Positions 55,366 through 64,000 of a stretch of DNA of 64,000 nucleotides are shown in pieces. The stretch covers positions 2,083-66,082 of the forward strand of contig CAKSEF010000002.1 in assembly GCA_934446465.1 (NCBI GenBank), given 5' to 3'. The position numbers and the translations under genes were made by a program. Position 1 is the stretch's first letter; every line of letters starts with the position of its first letter. The stretch is from an uncultured Oscillospiraceae bacterium (GTDB taxonomy: Bacteria; Bacillota; Clostridia; Oscillospirales; JAAYXM01). The notes beneath the pieces are model-generated. The model did not search any database. It was not told the origin of the DNA and saw only the letters and a program-made list of their open reading frames with translations.

Positions 55366-56277
55366 TTAGTTGCCGTATTTTTTTCGGTATTCTGTCGGCG
55401 GCATTCCGACGACCTTTCGGAATATGCGGGAAAAGGCGAACATCTCATATCCGACCGATGATGCAACAGTCTTAATTGCAGCGTCGGAGCTTTTTAAAAA
55501 ATCGCACGCCGCATTCATTCTCACGCGGATTAAGTAATCCCTGACAGACATGCCGAGCTCGTCCTTGAAAAGCGTGAACAAATAACTGCGGTTTATGCCC
55601 ACGCTGTCGGCAATTCCTTCGATGCTTATGTCAAGATGATAGTTCGTTTCTATGTATTTCATTGCCTGCGCCACATATTTTTTTGAGGATGACTGCGGCG
55701 GGGCAGTCTTTTTTGCTTTCCCGTGAATTTGCATCATGTCCGCCAGAAGTAGCGAAAAAAGCGCAGATTTGCGGAGGGACGACTCGCGGTGAAAAGAATC
55801 GGTGTACATTGCATTTTTGAGAAAAACAGGGTTTGGAACATCATCTCTGCTATCGACCGTCAGGACCGTGGACGTCTCAAGCGAGTTTAAGAGTTTTTCC
55901 AAATGCCCTACACAGTTTTCGTCAAGCTTGTGCCGAAAGACTATATTCTTATCGGAAAAATCAAGGGCTTTCAGATGACTTTTGAGCGCAAAACCGTTCA
56001 CTCCGAGCCATATTGTGGCGGTTTTGTCCGACGTGTACAGCTTTTCGATTTTTTTGTACGGCGAAACAACATAGAGGTCACCGGAAGAAATATCAAACGG
56101 CGTATCGTCAACAACGACCGTCAGAGAACCGTTGGCACAATATTCCACAACATAATAATCACGCATAAAAGGGCCGTAAACAAAACCGTTTGGCAATGAA
56201 ACGTTCCTTCCTCCGAGGTGTACGTTGATTTCTTGTGTGTTTTCAGCTCCGATTGTTTCTATGTCTATATTTTGCAT
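55366..56277 (-). CDS. AraC-family transcriptional regulator
   Basis: The C-terminal double HTH reads IADSVGINRSYLFTLFKDELGMSVRDYLIRVRMNAACDFL...VASSVGYEMFAFSRIFRKVVGMPPTEYRKKY. The start is either 56277 or 56307. It is divergent from the oxidoreductase/lyase locus. Confidence 0.85.
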   Translation of the reverse strand: MQNIDIETIGAENTQEINVHLGGRNVSLPNGFVYGPFMRDYYVVEYCANGSLTVVVDDTPFDISSGDLYVVSPYKKIEKLYTSDKTATIWLGVNGFALKSHLKALDFSDKNIVFRHKLDENCVGHLEKLLNSLETSTVLTVDSRDDVPNPVFLKNAMYTDSFHRESSLRKSALFSLLLADMMQIHGKAKKTAPPQSSSKKYVAQAMKYIETNYHLDISIEGIADSVGINRSYLFTLFKDELGMSVRDYLIRVRMNAACDFLKSSDAAIKTVASSVGYEMFAFSRIFRKVVGMPPTEYRKKYGN

Positions 56278-56440
56278 ATTTCCATAACCTACCTTAAAAT
56301 ATAACATACGGCTATATAATTATAACATTCGTGCATTGAAAATACAAGGTTTAAATGCGATAATATACATAGAATCGGAGGAGAATCGATGTTTTCGATT
56401 TTACTCTCGGGCATATCGAGCAAAAAGAGAGGTAATTAAA

Positions 56441-57640
56441 ATGGGATACGAAACAAATCTTGAGTGTACATATTTTGCGAGAAAGAATATTGGAATAATA
56501 GGGTGCGGCGTCCGAGCAAGAGACCTTTTGAAGCCGCTGCGCGAGATGGGCATGAACACAAGGATAACGGCAATCTGCGACCCTGAATATAAAAGCGTAA
56601 TTGAAAATCTTAAAGCTGACGGCGAAGATGTAAGCGAAATCAAGGTCTGGGACGATGCCGACGATATGCTCGACAATTCCGGCATTGACGGCGTAATAAT
56701 AGGAACAAGAAGCGAAACTCATGTCCACTTTGCGATTAAGGTTCTGAAGAGAAATATACCGATGATTCTCGAAAAGCCGATAACATTCTCAATGGAAGAG
56801 CTCATCGCACTGCGCGATGTTTATGAGAAGTCGGAAAAGAAGGTAGTTGTTTCTTTCCCGCTTCGCACAAGCCCGCTCATAACGCTGGTCAAGGAAATCC
56901 TTGATTCGGGAAAAATAGGAACGGTAGAGCATATACAGGCATTTAACTACGTTCCGTACGGCGGGGTTTACTTCCATAACTGGTATTGCAAGACAGGCCC
57001 TGCGGGACTGTTCTTTGAAAAAACAACGCACGATTTCGATTGGCTCAACTATCTTATCGGTGTTAAGCCCGAGACTATCGGGGTTATGACATCACAACAG
57101 ATATTCGGCGGAGACTTTAAGGACGGCAAGAGCTGTGTAGACTGCGAACGTCAGCTTGAGTGCATGGAAAGTCCGTTTATGCAGAAGAACTTCGTGTTCG
57201 ACAATCCGCAGGGAAGTTCATGTGCGTTCACAAACGCGGTTAAGACGTATGATTCGGCAGGAATCCTCATTCACTATCAGAGCGGTATGCACGTAAGCTA
57301 CGCCGAAAACCACTTCGCAAGAAAGGGCGCAGGTGCACGCGGCGCAAGAATTTCGGGCTACCACGGCACTCTCGATTTTGACTGGTATAAGGACATGATA
57401 ACGGTTCACCGCCACCACGCTCCGATTACGGAAACATATAAGATAGACGCATCCCTCGGACACTTTGGCGGAGACCGCGGACTTCTGTTTGATTTCGTAA
57501 AAATGATGAACGGGGTAAATGATACGACAGCAACTCTCGATAACGGCTTCCTCAGTACACTTATGTGCATGGCAGCACGTAAGAGCCTTGAGAATAAAAC
57601 ATTTGAGCCGGTTGTCTGGGGAGACGGCAAAAAGGTCTGA
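56441..57640 (+). CDS. Gfo/Idh/MocA family oxidoreductase
   Basis: The ATG at 56441 (MGYETNLE...) carries the Rossmann motif NIGIIGCGVRARD and the EKP motif (MILEKPITF). The longer track start at 56336 lacks support. Confidence 0.8.
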   Translation: MGYETNLECTYFARKNIGIIGCGVRARDLLKPLREMGMNTRITAICDPEYKSVIENLKADGEDVSEIKVWDDADDMLDNSGIDGVIIGTRSETHVHFAIKVLKRNIPMILEKPITFSMEELIALRDVYEKSEKKVVVSFPLRTSPLITLVKEILDSGKIGTVEHIQAFNYVPYGGVYFHNWYCKTGPAGLFFEKTTHDFDWLNYLIGVKPETIGVMTSQQIFGGDFKDGKSCVDCERQLECMESPFMQKNFVFDNPQGSSCAFTNAVKTYDSAGILIHYQSGMHVSYAENHFARKGAGARGARISGYHGTLDFDWYKDMITVHRHHAPITETYKIDASLGHFGGDRGLLFDFVKMMNGVNDTTATLDNGFLSTLMCMAARKSLENKTFEPVVWGDGKKV

Positions 57641-57689
57641 TTCGCGGGATTCCGCGTTCGGTAATAAATAGGGTAAAGGAGTAAACAGT

Positions 57690-59999
57690 ATGAAAAAGAC
57701 ATTGTTGGCAATACTTGTTATGGCGATGGTGATGTCCGTCATCACAGCTATCCCGTCAGTATCTGCTGAGGAAGTTTATACATATAACTTCACATCAACG
57801 GAAAACGGCGGAGTAAAGGGTGTGTTGGCACCCGTCTTTGCAGACTATGCAGAGGGAAGAAATTGGAAATATGTTGCAATGGAGGATTCGTTCTATACGG
57901 CGTATACGTCCCACAGCGACTATACGAGCAATCCGGATGCAGGATACTCACGCTATGCGCGTACCATGACTTACGGACTCCAGCTTCAGTCTGCAAATAA
58001 CCAATGGCTGGCGCTTGGTCTGAAAGTACCGACTAAGGGAACTTACAGGGTTGACCTCACTTATGCAACGCTTCAGTACGGAAAAACGGGAGATATCTAC
58101 GTGGCTCCGTTGAGTGTCGGCGCCGAAGGTGCAATAGCCGAACAGTATAAGCTCGGAAGCGTAAACTACAACGGAACGGGAGAGGCTTCTACGGCTGAGC
58201 TCGGAACGCTTGCGGTAACGTCTGACAACGAAGAGGTTGTTGTTGTCTTTAAATCGACAGGCGGAAATATGGCACCGCAGGAAGTCAGACTCACCTACGT
58301 CGGAAAAGTCATGCCCAAACAGACATACAGCTTCGTTCTTGGAAGCTCTGAACAGAACAAGGGCATAACTAATTATTCAACATACGATTCAACGGGCAAA
58401 AATTGGCGTTACTACGGAATGAGCGACAGCTTGTATGCAAAATACGAAACAAATTTCGCATATGCACGCACGCTCTATTACGGCGTTCAGATTCAGGCGG
58501 CAGCGGACGAGTACGTGCAGTTTGCCGTTAATGTTCCCGACGCGGGTGTTTATAAGTTCGACATCAAATTCTGGGCAACGCCTGTCTGCGCGAAGACTAC
58601 TTCGCTCTATTTTGCACCCGCTTCCTCGGAAAATAAAATGAGTGCGGATAAGGAGCTTGAAGGCGTAAGCATGCGCGGAGACGTGTCGGCAGGAGCGGAG
58701 GGTTCAGCTTTCGCAGGAACGGTAAATGTTCCGTCGCCGGGCGAATACGTAATTACGATGAAATCAAGCGCAGGCGCAATGCAGCCGAGAGAGATAACGC
58801 TCACGGGAGTCGAACCCACGGGAATCACGGCCGAAACGGAGAGCAAGACTATAAAGTTGGGCGGAAAATCCGCAATAACGGTAAAGTCGGTTGTCGACGG
58901 AATAAATTACATACTCGCAAATCACGGCGCAGACTTTAACGACTCAAATAATTGTGTTACAATAGGATCGGACGGAACGATTACCGCAAAGGCAGAGGGC
59001 GAGACGGTTATATCTGTATCCGCCGTCGGATTTAACACAAGTATACCGATAACCGTATACCATCCGAATGCAAAAATTGACGAAGCAACAACGAGTAAGC
59101 TCTACATTTCGGCACCTGTGGGAGCTGAAATTGACGGAGCGGGAATTGTTTCGGATGTTGCAATAGGAACAGCCAGAACAGTAACCGCACCCGAGAAAAT
59201 AGGCGAGCTTGAATTTAAATATTGGAAAGATATCATAACGGGCAGAGTTCTCTCAACGGATGCGGAATACTCATTCACGGTAGGAAGCAATACAAAGATA
59301 GAAGCGGTTTACGCGGAAAAAGCAAACGGCTATCTTGTTGAATTTGCAAACGCCAACGGCGAGGTAATATCAAGCAGTTACAAGAACACAGGCGACGCGA
59401 TAACAGCTCCCGCGCTCCCGAGCCTCACGGGCTTCGGCATGGCAAGGGAATGGAGCAGGTATCCGTCCGTTGTCGGAACAAGCAACGTACAGTCGGTGGC
59501 AATCTACGATGACCCCGCAGCCAATATTTCGATAACTGTCGAGAACGGAAGCGGAAGCGGAAATTACGCTTACAACGACAAGGTAACGGTAACGGCTTCC
59601 GACGGAAACTTCAGTTATTGGAAGCGCGGTGAACAGATAGTAAGCTTTGACAGCACATACAGCTTCTACGCATGGGACAGCGCAACGCTTACCGCGGTAT
59701 TCGGCGAAGATGTATCGGATGTTGACCCAAGCGTAATTCTTGACGACAGCGTAAGAACGGAAAACGGAAGATTCGCGTATATGTCCGAGCTTGTGGGCTT
59801 TGACGGAAAAACTGTCATTGAGCACGGAATCATCTTCGGAAGCGAAGGACTCGACATCGACCATTGCCAATATAAGGCAGTGGCAAAGGGAACATCCGGT
59901 CAGTTCTCGTCCTATACGGAAAGTTCTCTTAAGGCAAGAGCATATGCAATTTATCGGGACGGCGCAGATATAAGAATAGCTTACAGCGCGGAAAAGTAA
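57690..59999 (+). CDS. Secreted multidomain protein: two copies of the unannotated module, a Big_2-like domain and B-repeat-like C-terminal repeats
   Basis: 769 aa with RBS AAAGGAG and signal peptide ...IPSVSA. The modules span aa ~27-205 and ~206-375 (YARTMTYGLQLQSANNQWLALGLKVPTKGTYRVDLTYA...GDIYVAP...YKLGSVNY). The C-terminus is similar to the C-terminus of 2010-3875. Confidence 0.8.
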   Translation: MKKTLLAILVMAMVMSVITAIPSVSAEEVYTYNFTSTENGGVKGVLAPVFADYAEGRNWKYVAMEDSFYTAYTSHSDYTSNPDAGYSRYARTMTYGLQLQSANNQWLALGLKVPTKGTYRVDLTYATLQYGKTGDIYVAPLSVGAEGAIAEQYKLGSVNYNGTGEASTAELGTLAVTSDNEEVVVVFKSTGGNMAPQEVRLTYVGKVMPKQTYSFVLGSSEQNKGITNYSTYDSTGKNWRYYGMSDSLYAKYETNFAYARTLYYGVQIQAAADEYVQFAVNVPDAGVYKFDIKFWATPVCAKTTSLYFAPASSENKMSADKELEGVSMRGDVSAGAEGSAFAGTVNVPSPGEYVITMKSSAGAMQPREITLTGVEPTGITAETESKTIKLGGKSAITVKSVVDGINYILANHGADFNDSNNCVTIGSDGTITAKAEGETVISVSAVGFNTSIPITVYHPNAKIDEATTSKLYISAPVGAEIDGAGIVSDVAIGTARTVTAPEKIGELEFKYWKDIITGRVLSTDAEYSFTVGSNTKIEAVYAEKANGYLVEFANANGEVISSSYKNTGDAITAPALPSLTGFGMAREWSRYPSVVGTSNVQSVAIYDDPAANISITVENGSGSGNYAYNDKVTVTASDGNFSYWKRGEQIVSFDSTYSFYAWDSATLTAVFGEDVSDVDPSVILDDSVRTENGRFAYMSELVGFDGKTVIEHGIIFGSEGLDIDHCQYKAVAKGTSGQFSSYTESSLKARAYAIYRDGADIRIAYSAEK

Positions 60000-60008
60000 A
60001 TTGACAGC

Positions 60009-60044
60009 ATGGGACGGGGCAAGACTTCGTCCCATTCCGTTTTA
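60009..60044 (+). terminator. Terminator-like hairpin
   Basis: The 8-bp stem ATGGGACG / CGTCCCAT is followed by TCCGTTTT. Confidence 0.45.
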
Positions 60045-60082
60045 AACGGTGTTTTACGTATTTTCGGCAAAGGAGTACAGGT

Positions 60083-63000
60083 ATGAGAAAAATTTTATCT
60101 TTGGTTCTCGTATTCGCGATGGCTGTATCGCTTTTTGCAAACGTCCAGTTTGCATTCGGGGCAGATACACTGACATACAGCTTCAAAATCGAGAGCGGGA
60201 CCAAAATCGAATCCGTAAAGGGAGTTGCGGATTTCGATACATATGAGTCTACGGGCAGAAATTGGAAGTTCTGTTCCATGAATGACTCACTCAGAGAAAA
60301 GTATAACGGAAATTACGCATTTGCACGAACGATGACATACGGGCTGCAAATACAGTCGGAGGGGAACGAATGGCTTTCGCTTGCCGTCAAAATTCCGACC
60401 GCGGGAACATATTCCGTCGAATACAAATATTCAACCGTTTCGTGGGGCAAAACAGGGGATATCTTCCTTTCGCCTATGGAAGCGGGAATAGAAAAATCAC
60501 GGAACGGGGAGTATAAGCTCGGTTCGGTAAGCTACGCCGGAGGCGGGGAAATTAACTCATCGGATTTGGGCACAATAACGGTGGGATCGGATAACTCCGA
60601 GTATATACTCACGTTTGTATCAACGGGAAATACACAGCTTCCGTCCGAAATAGTTCTCAAACCCGTATCAGATGACCCCATAACCGAAAAATACGATTTT
60701 AAGAAATATAAATCGAGCTACTATGTCCCCGAAATAAAGTATGAGGACACAGACAACACGTGGGAATACCACTCGTGCGAAAGCTCACTTTGGGATTCCT
60801 ACAATACCTCGAAAAACTTCATCAGAAATCCCGCGGGTCTCGGCTACGGAATACAGGTACAGTCCGGTTATGTCGGGCAGTATCTCGCGCTGAAGCTGAA
60901 GGTTCGGAAGGCGGGAAATTATAACGTCAAGTTCACATATGCGAAGGCTTCGCTCGGCGGAGAGGCAGATGTATTCATAGCTCCGATTGCGGAAACCGAC
61001 ATAACAAATGAAAAATATAAGGTCGGAAGCGTTTCGTTCTACAACGAAACTCAGCAGAATCTGAATGAGAAAAAGCTTAAATCGCTGAATATAACATCAG
61101 CGGGCGAGTATGTTGTAACCTTCCTTGTAACAGGCAAGAATAAGAGCTGCAATATGTACCTTACGGGGCTTGAATTCAATCCGAATGAAGCTGCGCTTGA
61201 ATCCGTAACACTTACTGCGGAGAAGACAAGAATCAAAGTCGGAGAAGAAACGAAAACAACGCTTTCCGGAAAGTTGTCCGACGGCGCCGAAGATGACCTC
61301 TCGGCGGCGGATGTGGTATATGAAAGCAGCAACGAGGAGATTGCAAAGGTTGATGCCGACGGAAAAATTACCGCTATGGGTGCGGGAACGGCAAAGATAA
61401 CGGCGCGCGTAACGCTTTTGGGAATAACAAAGGAATCAAGCTGTCTTATAAGGGTGGAGACAGACGAAAATCCCCCGTATACAGGCGTTTCCGTATTGTA
61501 TGACCTAAAGCTCGGAGCGGGGAAGTATGAAGACAGCGATATGCGTCCGATAAAATACGCGGACACGGACGGTGTCTGGGAATTCGGCGGATATGACGAG
61601 AGCATGATTCCCGCAGACGCGCCGAAACCCGGAATTTATATAAGAAATAACCTCGCTTACGGCGTCCAGGTGCAGAGCAACCGTGAAAAAAATTGGTTTG
61701 CGGTAAAAGTCAATGTCTCCGATGTCGGACGTACAAAATTCGTACTCGATTACTCGGTATATAAGTACGGCGGAATCGGGAATATATACTTTGTCCCCGC
61801 GTCTTACGGCAAAGAGCATTGGCGCAGTGATGCTTTTAAGCTCGGAGAGGTGAATTTCTATGAAGATGTTTCGTCTCCGGCAGTTAAAAAAACAGAATAT
61901 GACCTGACGATAGAAAGTGCGGGCGAGTATGCGGTCGTATTTGAGGCGGCAAAAAGGCTTGGCGGGTGCAATATGTATATGTCGGGCTTTACGCTTGACG
62001 GACAAAACGGAGTAAAGACTGTTCCTGTTCTTCCGAAGAAAAGCCTCAAAATAGGGGAGAGTATGAAAATTTCATACGATCTCCGTGATTATAACGGCAA
62101 AAAAACAAGCCTTCCGAATATAAGCGTTTCGTACAACAGCATAACACCCGACATATTGGAAGTCTCCGATGACGGAACGGTATCGGCAAAGGCGCTCGGA
62201 ACGGGAATCATCGAAATAGGTGTCCTGAGCGAGGGAACACTCCGCCGTGCAAGATGCGAAGTCTATGTCGGGACGGGAAAGCGCGGAGTGAGCTTCTATA
62301 CAGAGGAAAAACGCAAAAATGCCGTTGAAAATGCAAAGAAATACGACTGGGCAAAAACTCTCCGCGACAAAGCTGTAAAAGAGGCTGATATTTACGTCGG
62401 TAACGAAGAAAAGCTTTGGAATCTCATTACACAGGAGGGGATTCCGAGAGGTATAACCGTGGGATATCAGGATGACCCCAATGCATATAAGTGTCGGTAC
62501 TGCGGAGAAGATCTACGCGCTCAGTACGGCGCATACCCATGGAAAATCAACGTTCTGACGCGCCCGTGGAAAATACAGTGCCCGAGCTGTAAGCGCGTGT
62601 TCCCGTCAAACGATTTCGGAAGCTTCTATAATCTCGGAATCGATGAAGAGGGAAAGTTTGATTATGAGCTTGCGCATAAAAGAAACGCGGAGATAGTTGC
62701 AAACGGCGGAGAGGGCTACCTCGTAAACAAGCTCTATCCGGAAGCCGAAGAAAAATTCGGCGATGCGAATTGGGGCGTTGATGACGGCTTCGGCTATATC
62801 GCAAAGAACCCCGATGGAAGCGTTAAAACGTATGCAAACGGAGTAGAAGAAGCTCACACATATATTGCATATTACAATCACTGGGGCATCTGGTTCGGAA
62901 AGACATTCACAACCGAATCCAAGAGCCTTGTCGGCGATGCGCTTACATCACTTCGCGATGCCTACCTCTATACGGGCGATGAAAAGTACGGCCGTGTAGG

Positions 63001-64000
63001 CGCAATCCTAATCGACAGGATTGCCGATGTTTATTCGGATATGTCTCTTACGCAATACGGCCGTGCACGCGGAAACGAGCGCAGATTCTACAATTCGCAC
63101 GGACTTTCCGATGAGGGAAAGGCAATAGGACGTATTTGGGAAACCGACCTTGCAAGGCTTCTCGCAACGTCATATGACGCTTTTTATCCCATGACGGAGG
63201 ACAGCGGAGTTATAAGATTCCTGTCGCAAAAGGCCGAAGAATATAATATGCCAAATAAGAAAACGGATGCAAACCTCATACGGGGCAACTGCGAGGACGG
63301 AATTTTGCGTTCGATATTCAGCGGTTTCAAGTCGGCCGATATAAACGGTAACTTCGGTATGCACCAGTCGGCGCTTGCAGCGGCAGCAGTTGCGTTGGAT
63401 TCACAGCCCGAAACAAAGGAATGGATAGACTATGTCATGCAGGACGGCACAAAGAGCATCGGCTTCTGCAGCGGCGGAAACGTCCAAAGACAGATTTACA
63501 ATGACGTAGACCGCGACGGCCACGGAAACGAATCGGCACCGGGATATAACGGACTGTGGGTAACGCGTATGATCCAAATCGCGGAATGTCTCGCGGGATA
63601 CGACGGATATCCGAGTGCAGACCTGTACAAAAACCCGCGCGTCATTAAGATGATGACGGCGCAGGGAGATATAATCACGACGTCTGATACTACACCTCAG
63701 ATAGGAGACCAGGGTGAAACGGCTGCCGTCGGAACGGGACTTGTCAGAGATAACCTGCTTCTTGAATATATCAGGACGGGAGAGAACAGTCTCGCACAGC
63801 TTCTGTATGCCATTAACGGCAATACAACAGACGGACTCCACGCCGATATATTCACAAAGAACCCGGAGGACGTAAAAAAAGATATAAAAAAGATAATAGA
63901 TGAGAACGGCGAGTACGATTTTACACGCACAGTCAACTATACGGGATACGGATTTGCCATTCTCCGCGACGGCGTGCTTTATAAAGACGCTCCGTCTGTA
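60083..64000 (+). CDS. Large secreted heparinase II/III-like lyase family protein, paralogue of 6680-13774 (3' end beyond the window)
   Basis: Absent from the track because there is no stop in the window. The ATG at 60083 follows AAGGAG and the frame is open for 1306 codons to position 64000. The signal peptide is MRKILSLVLVFAMAVSLFANVQFAFG. There are three copies of the unannotated module, at aa ~28-205, ~212-395 and ~480-665, separated by Big_2-like repeats. The lyase-like region begins YTEEKRKNAVENAKKYDWAKT. It contains the same CxxC-x25-CxxC segment at 62492-62590. Confidence 0.85.
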   Translation, partial: MRKILSLVLVFAMAVSLFANVQFAFGADTLTYSFKIESGTKIESVKGVADFDTYESTGRNWKFCSMNDSLREKYNGNYAFARTMTYGLQIQSEGNEWLSLAVKIPTAGTYSVEYKYSTVSWGKTGDIFLSPMEAGIEKSRNGEYKLGSVSYAGGGEINSSDLGTITVGSDNSEYILTFVSTGNTQLPSEIVLKPVSDDPITEKYDFKKYKSSYYVPEIKYEDTDNTWEYHSCESSLWDSYNTSKNFIRNPAGLGYGIQVQSGYVGQYLALKLKVRKAGNYNVKFTYAKASLGGEADVFIAPIAETDITNEKYKVGSVSFYNETQQNLNEKKLKSLNITSAGEYVVTFLVTGKNKSCNMYLTGLEFNPNEAALESVTLTAEKTRIKVGEETKTTLSGKLSDGAEDDLSAADVVYESSNEEIAKVDADGKITAMGAGTAKITARVTLLGITKESSCLIRVETDENPPYTGVSVLYDLKLGAGKYEDSDMRPIKYADTDGVWEFGGYDESMIPADAPKPGIYIRNNLAYGVQVQSNREKNWFAVKVNVSDVGRTKFVLDYSVYKYGGIGNIYFVPASYGKEHWRSDAFKLGEVNFYEDVSSPAVKKTEYDLTIESAGEYAVVFEAAKRLGGCNMYMSGFTLDGQNGVKTVPVLPKKSLKIGESMKISYDLRDYNGKKTSLPNISVSYNSITPDILEVSDDGTVSAKALGTGIIEIGVLSEGTLRRARCEVYVGTGKRGVSFYTEEKRKNAVENAKKYDWAKTLRDKAVKEADIYVGNEEKLWNLITQEGIPRGITVGYQDDPNAYKCRYCGEDLRAQYGAYPWKINVLTRPWKIQCPSCKRVFPSNDFGSFYNLGIDEEGKFDYELAHKRNAEIVANGGEGYLVNKLYPEAEEKFGDANWGVDDGFGYIAKNPDGSVKTYANGVEEAHTYIAYYNHWGIWFGKTFTTESKSLVGDALTSLRDAYLYTGDEKYGRVGAILIDRIADVYSDMSLTQYGRARGNERRFYNSHGLSDEGKAIGRIWETDLARLLATSYDAFYPMTEDSGVIRFLSQKAEEYNMPNKKTDANLIRGNCEDGILRSIFSGFKSADINGNFGMHQSALAAAAVALDSQPETKEWIDYVMQDGTKSIGFCSGGNVQRQIYNDVDRDGHGNESAPGYNGLWVTRMIQIAECLAGYDGYPSADLYKNPRVIKMMTAQGDIITTSDTTPQIGDQGETAAVGTGLVRDNLLLEYIRTGENSLAQLLYAINGNTTDGLHADIFTKNPEDVKKDIKKIIDENGEYDFTRTVNYTGYGFAILRDGVLYKDAPSV

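Noticed and set aside
1-64000. CRISPR arrays, tRNA, rRNA or tmRNA genes, IS elements with inverted repeats, and reverse transcriptase/DGR or toxin-antitoxin pairs
   Set aside because: I saw no regularly spaced direct repeats, no cloverleaf-compatible conserved tRNA sequences in intergenic regions (including next to the integrase remnant), no transposase-like ORFs and no RT motifs. This was visual inspection only; tRNAscan-SE, Infernal or CRISPR finders could still find small elements I missed.

Overview
The window looks like a chromosomal segment from a Gram-positive anaerobe, probably Clostridia. This is inferred from SLH cell-wall anchors, a glmS ribozyme, the recA-recX-rimO-pgsA-cysS order and GGAGG ribosome-binding sites. 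I found no rRNA, tRNA or CRISPR array. The content falls into four blocks. (1) 1-19.2 kb is a glycan-utilisation-type accessory locus. It holds a partial AraC regulator, a creatininase-family gene with a deleted tandem copy, a 621-aa secreted protein, an intracellular GH20-like hexosaminidase, a 2364-aa SLH-anchored heparinase II/III-like protein, two oxidoreductase/isomerase genes, an SGNH esterase and three decayed genes. (2) 19.2-29.6 kb holds a decayed integrase island, ychF, an M23 peptidase, and a compact, fully intact terminase-portal module (22976-29557). The module has four unrecognisable ORFs and no capsid, tail, lysis or integrase genes. It sits directly against tsaE. (3) 29.6-53.8 kb is housekeeping: tsaE-tsaB, rpiB, proB, glmS with its ribozyme, a lipoprotein plus OmpR/HK pair, prmC, recA, recX, rimO, pgsA, cysS, polA, rimI-tsaD, a DnaA-box cluster, an icd-like gene, rex and an SLH protein. 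(4) 53.8-64 kb holds a Vat-like acetyltransferase with a flavodoxin-like gene, and a second AraC-controlled locus paralogous to block 1. That locus has an oxidoreductase, a 769-aa secreted protein and a truncated lyase-like protein of more than 1306 aa. The most interesting signals are the orphan packaging-portal module, an unannotated ~180-240 aa module present 8 times in four secreted proteins, a 665-bp perfect direct repeat that transplants that module between two genes, a conserved CxxC-x25-CxxC knuckle inside both lyase-like proteins, and three DnaA boxes downstream of tsaD. All family assignments come from motif recognition by eye; no searches were run.
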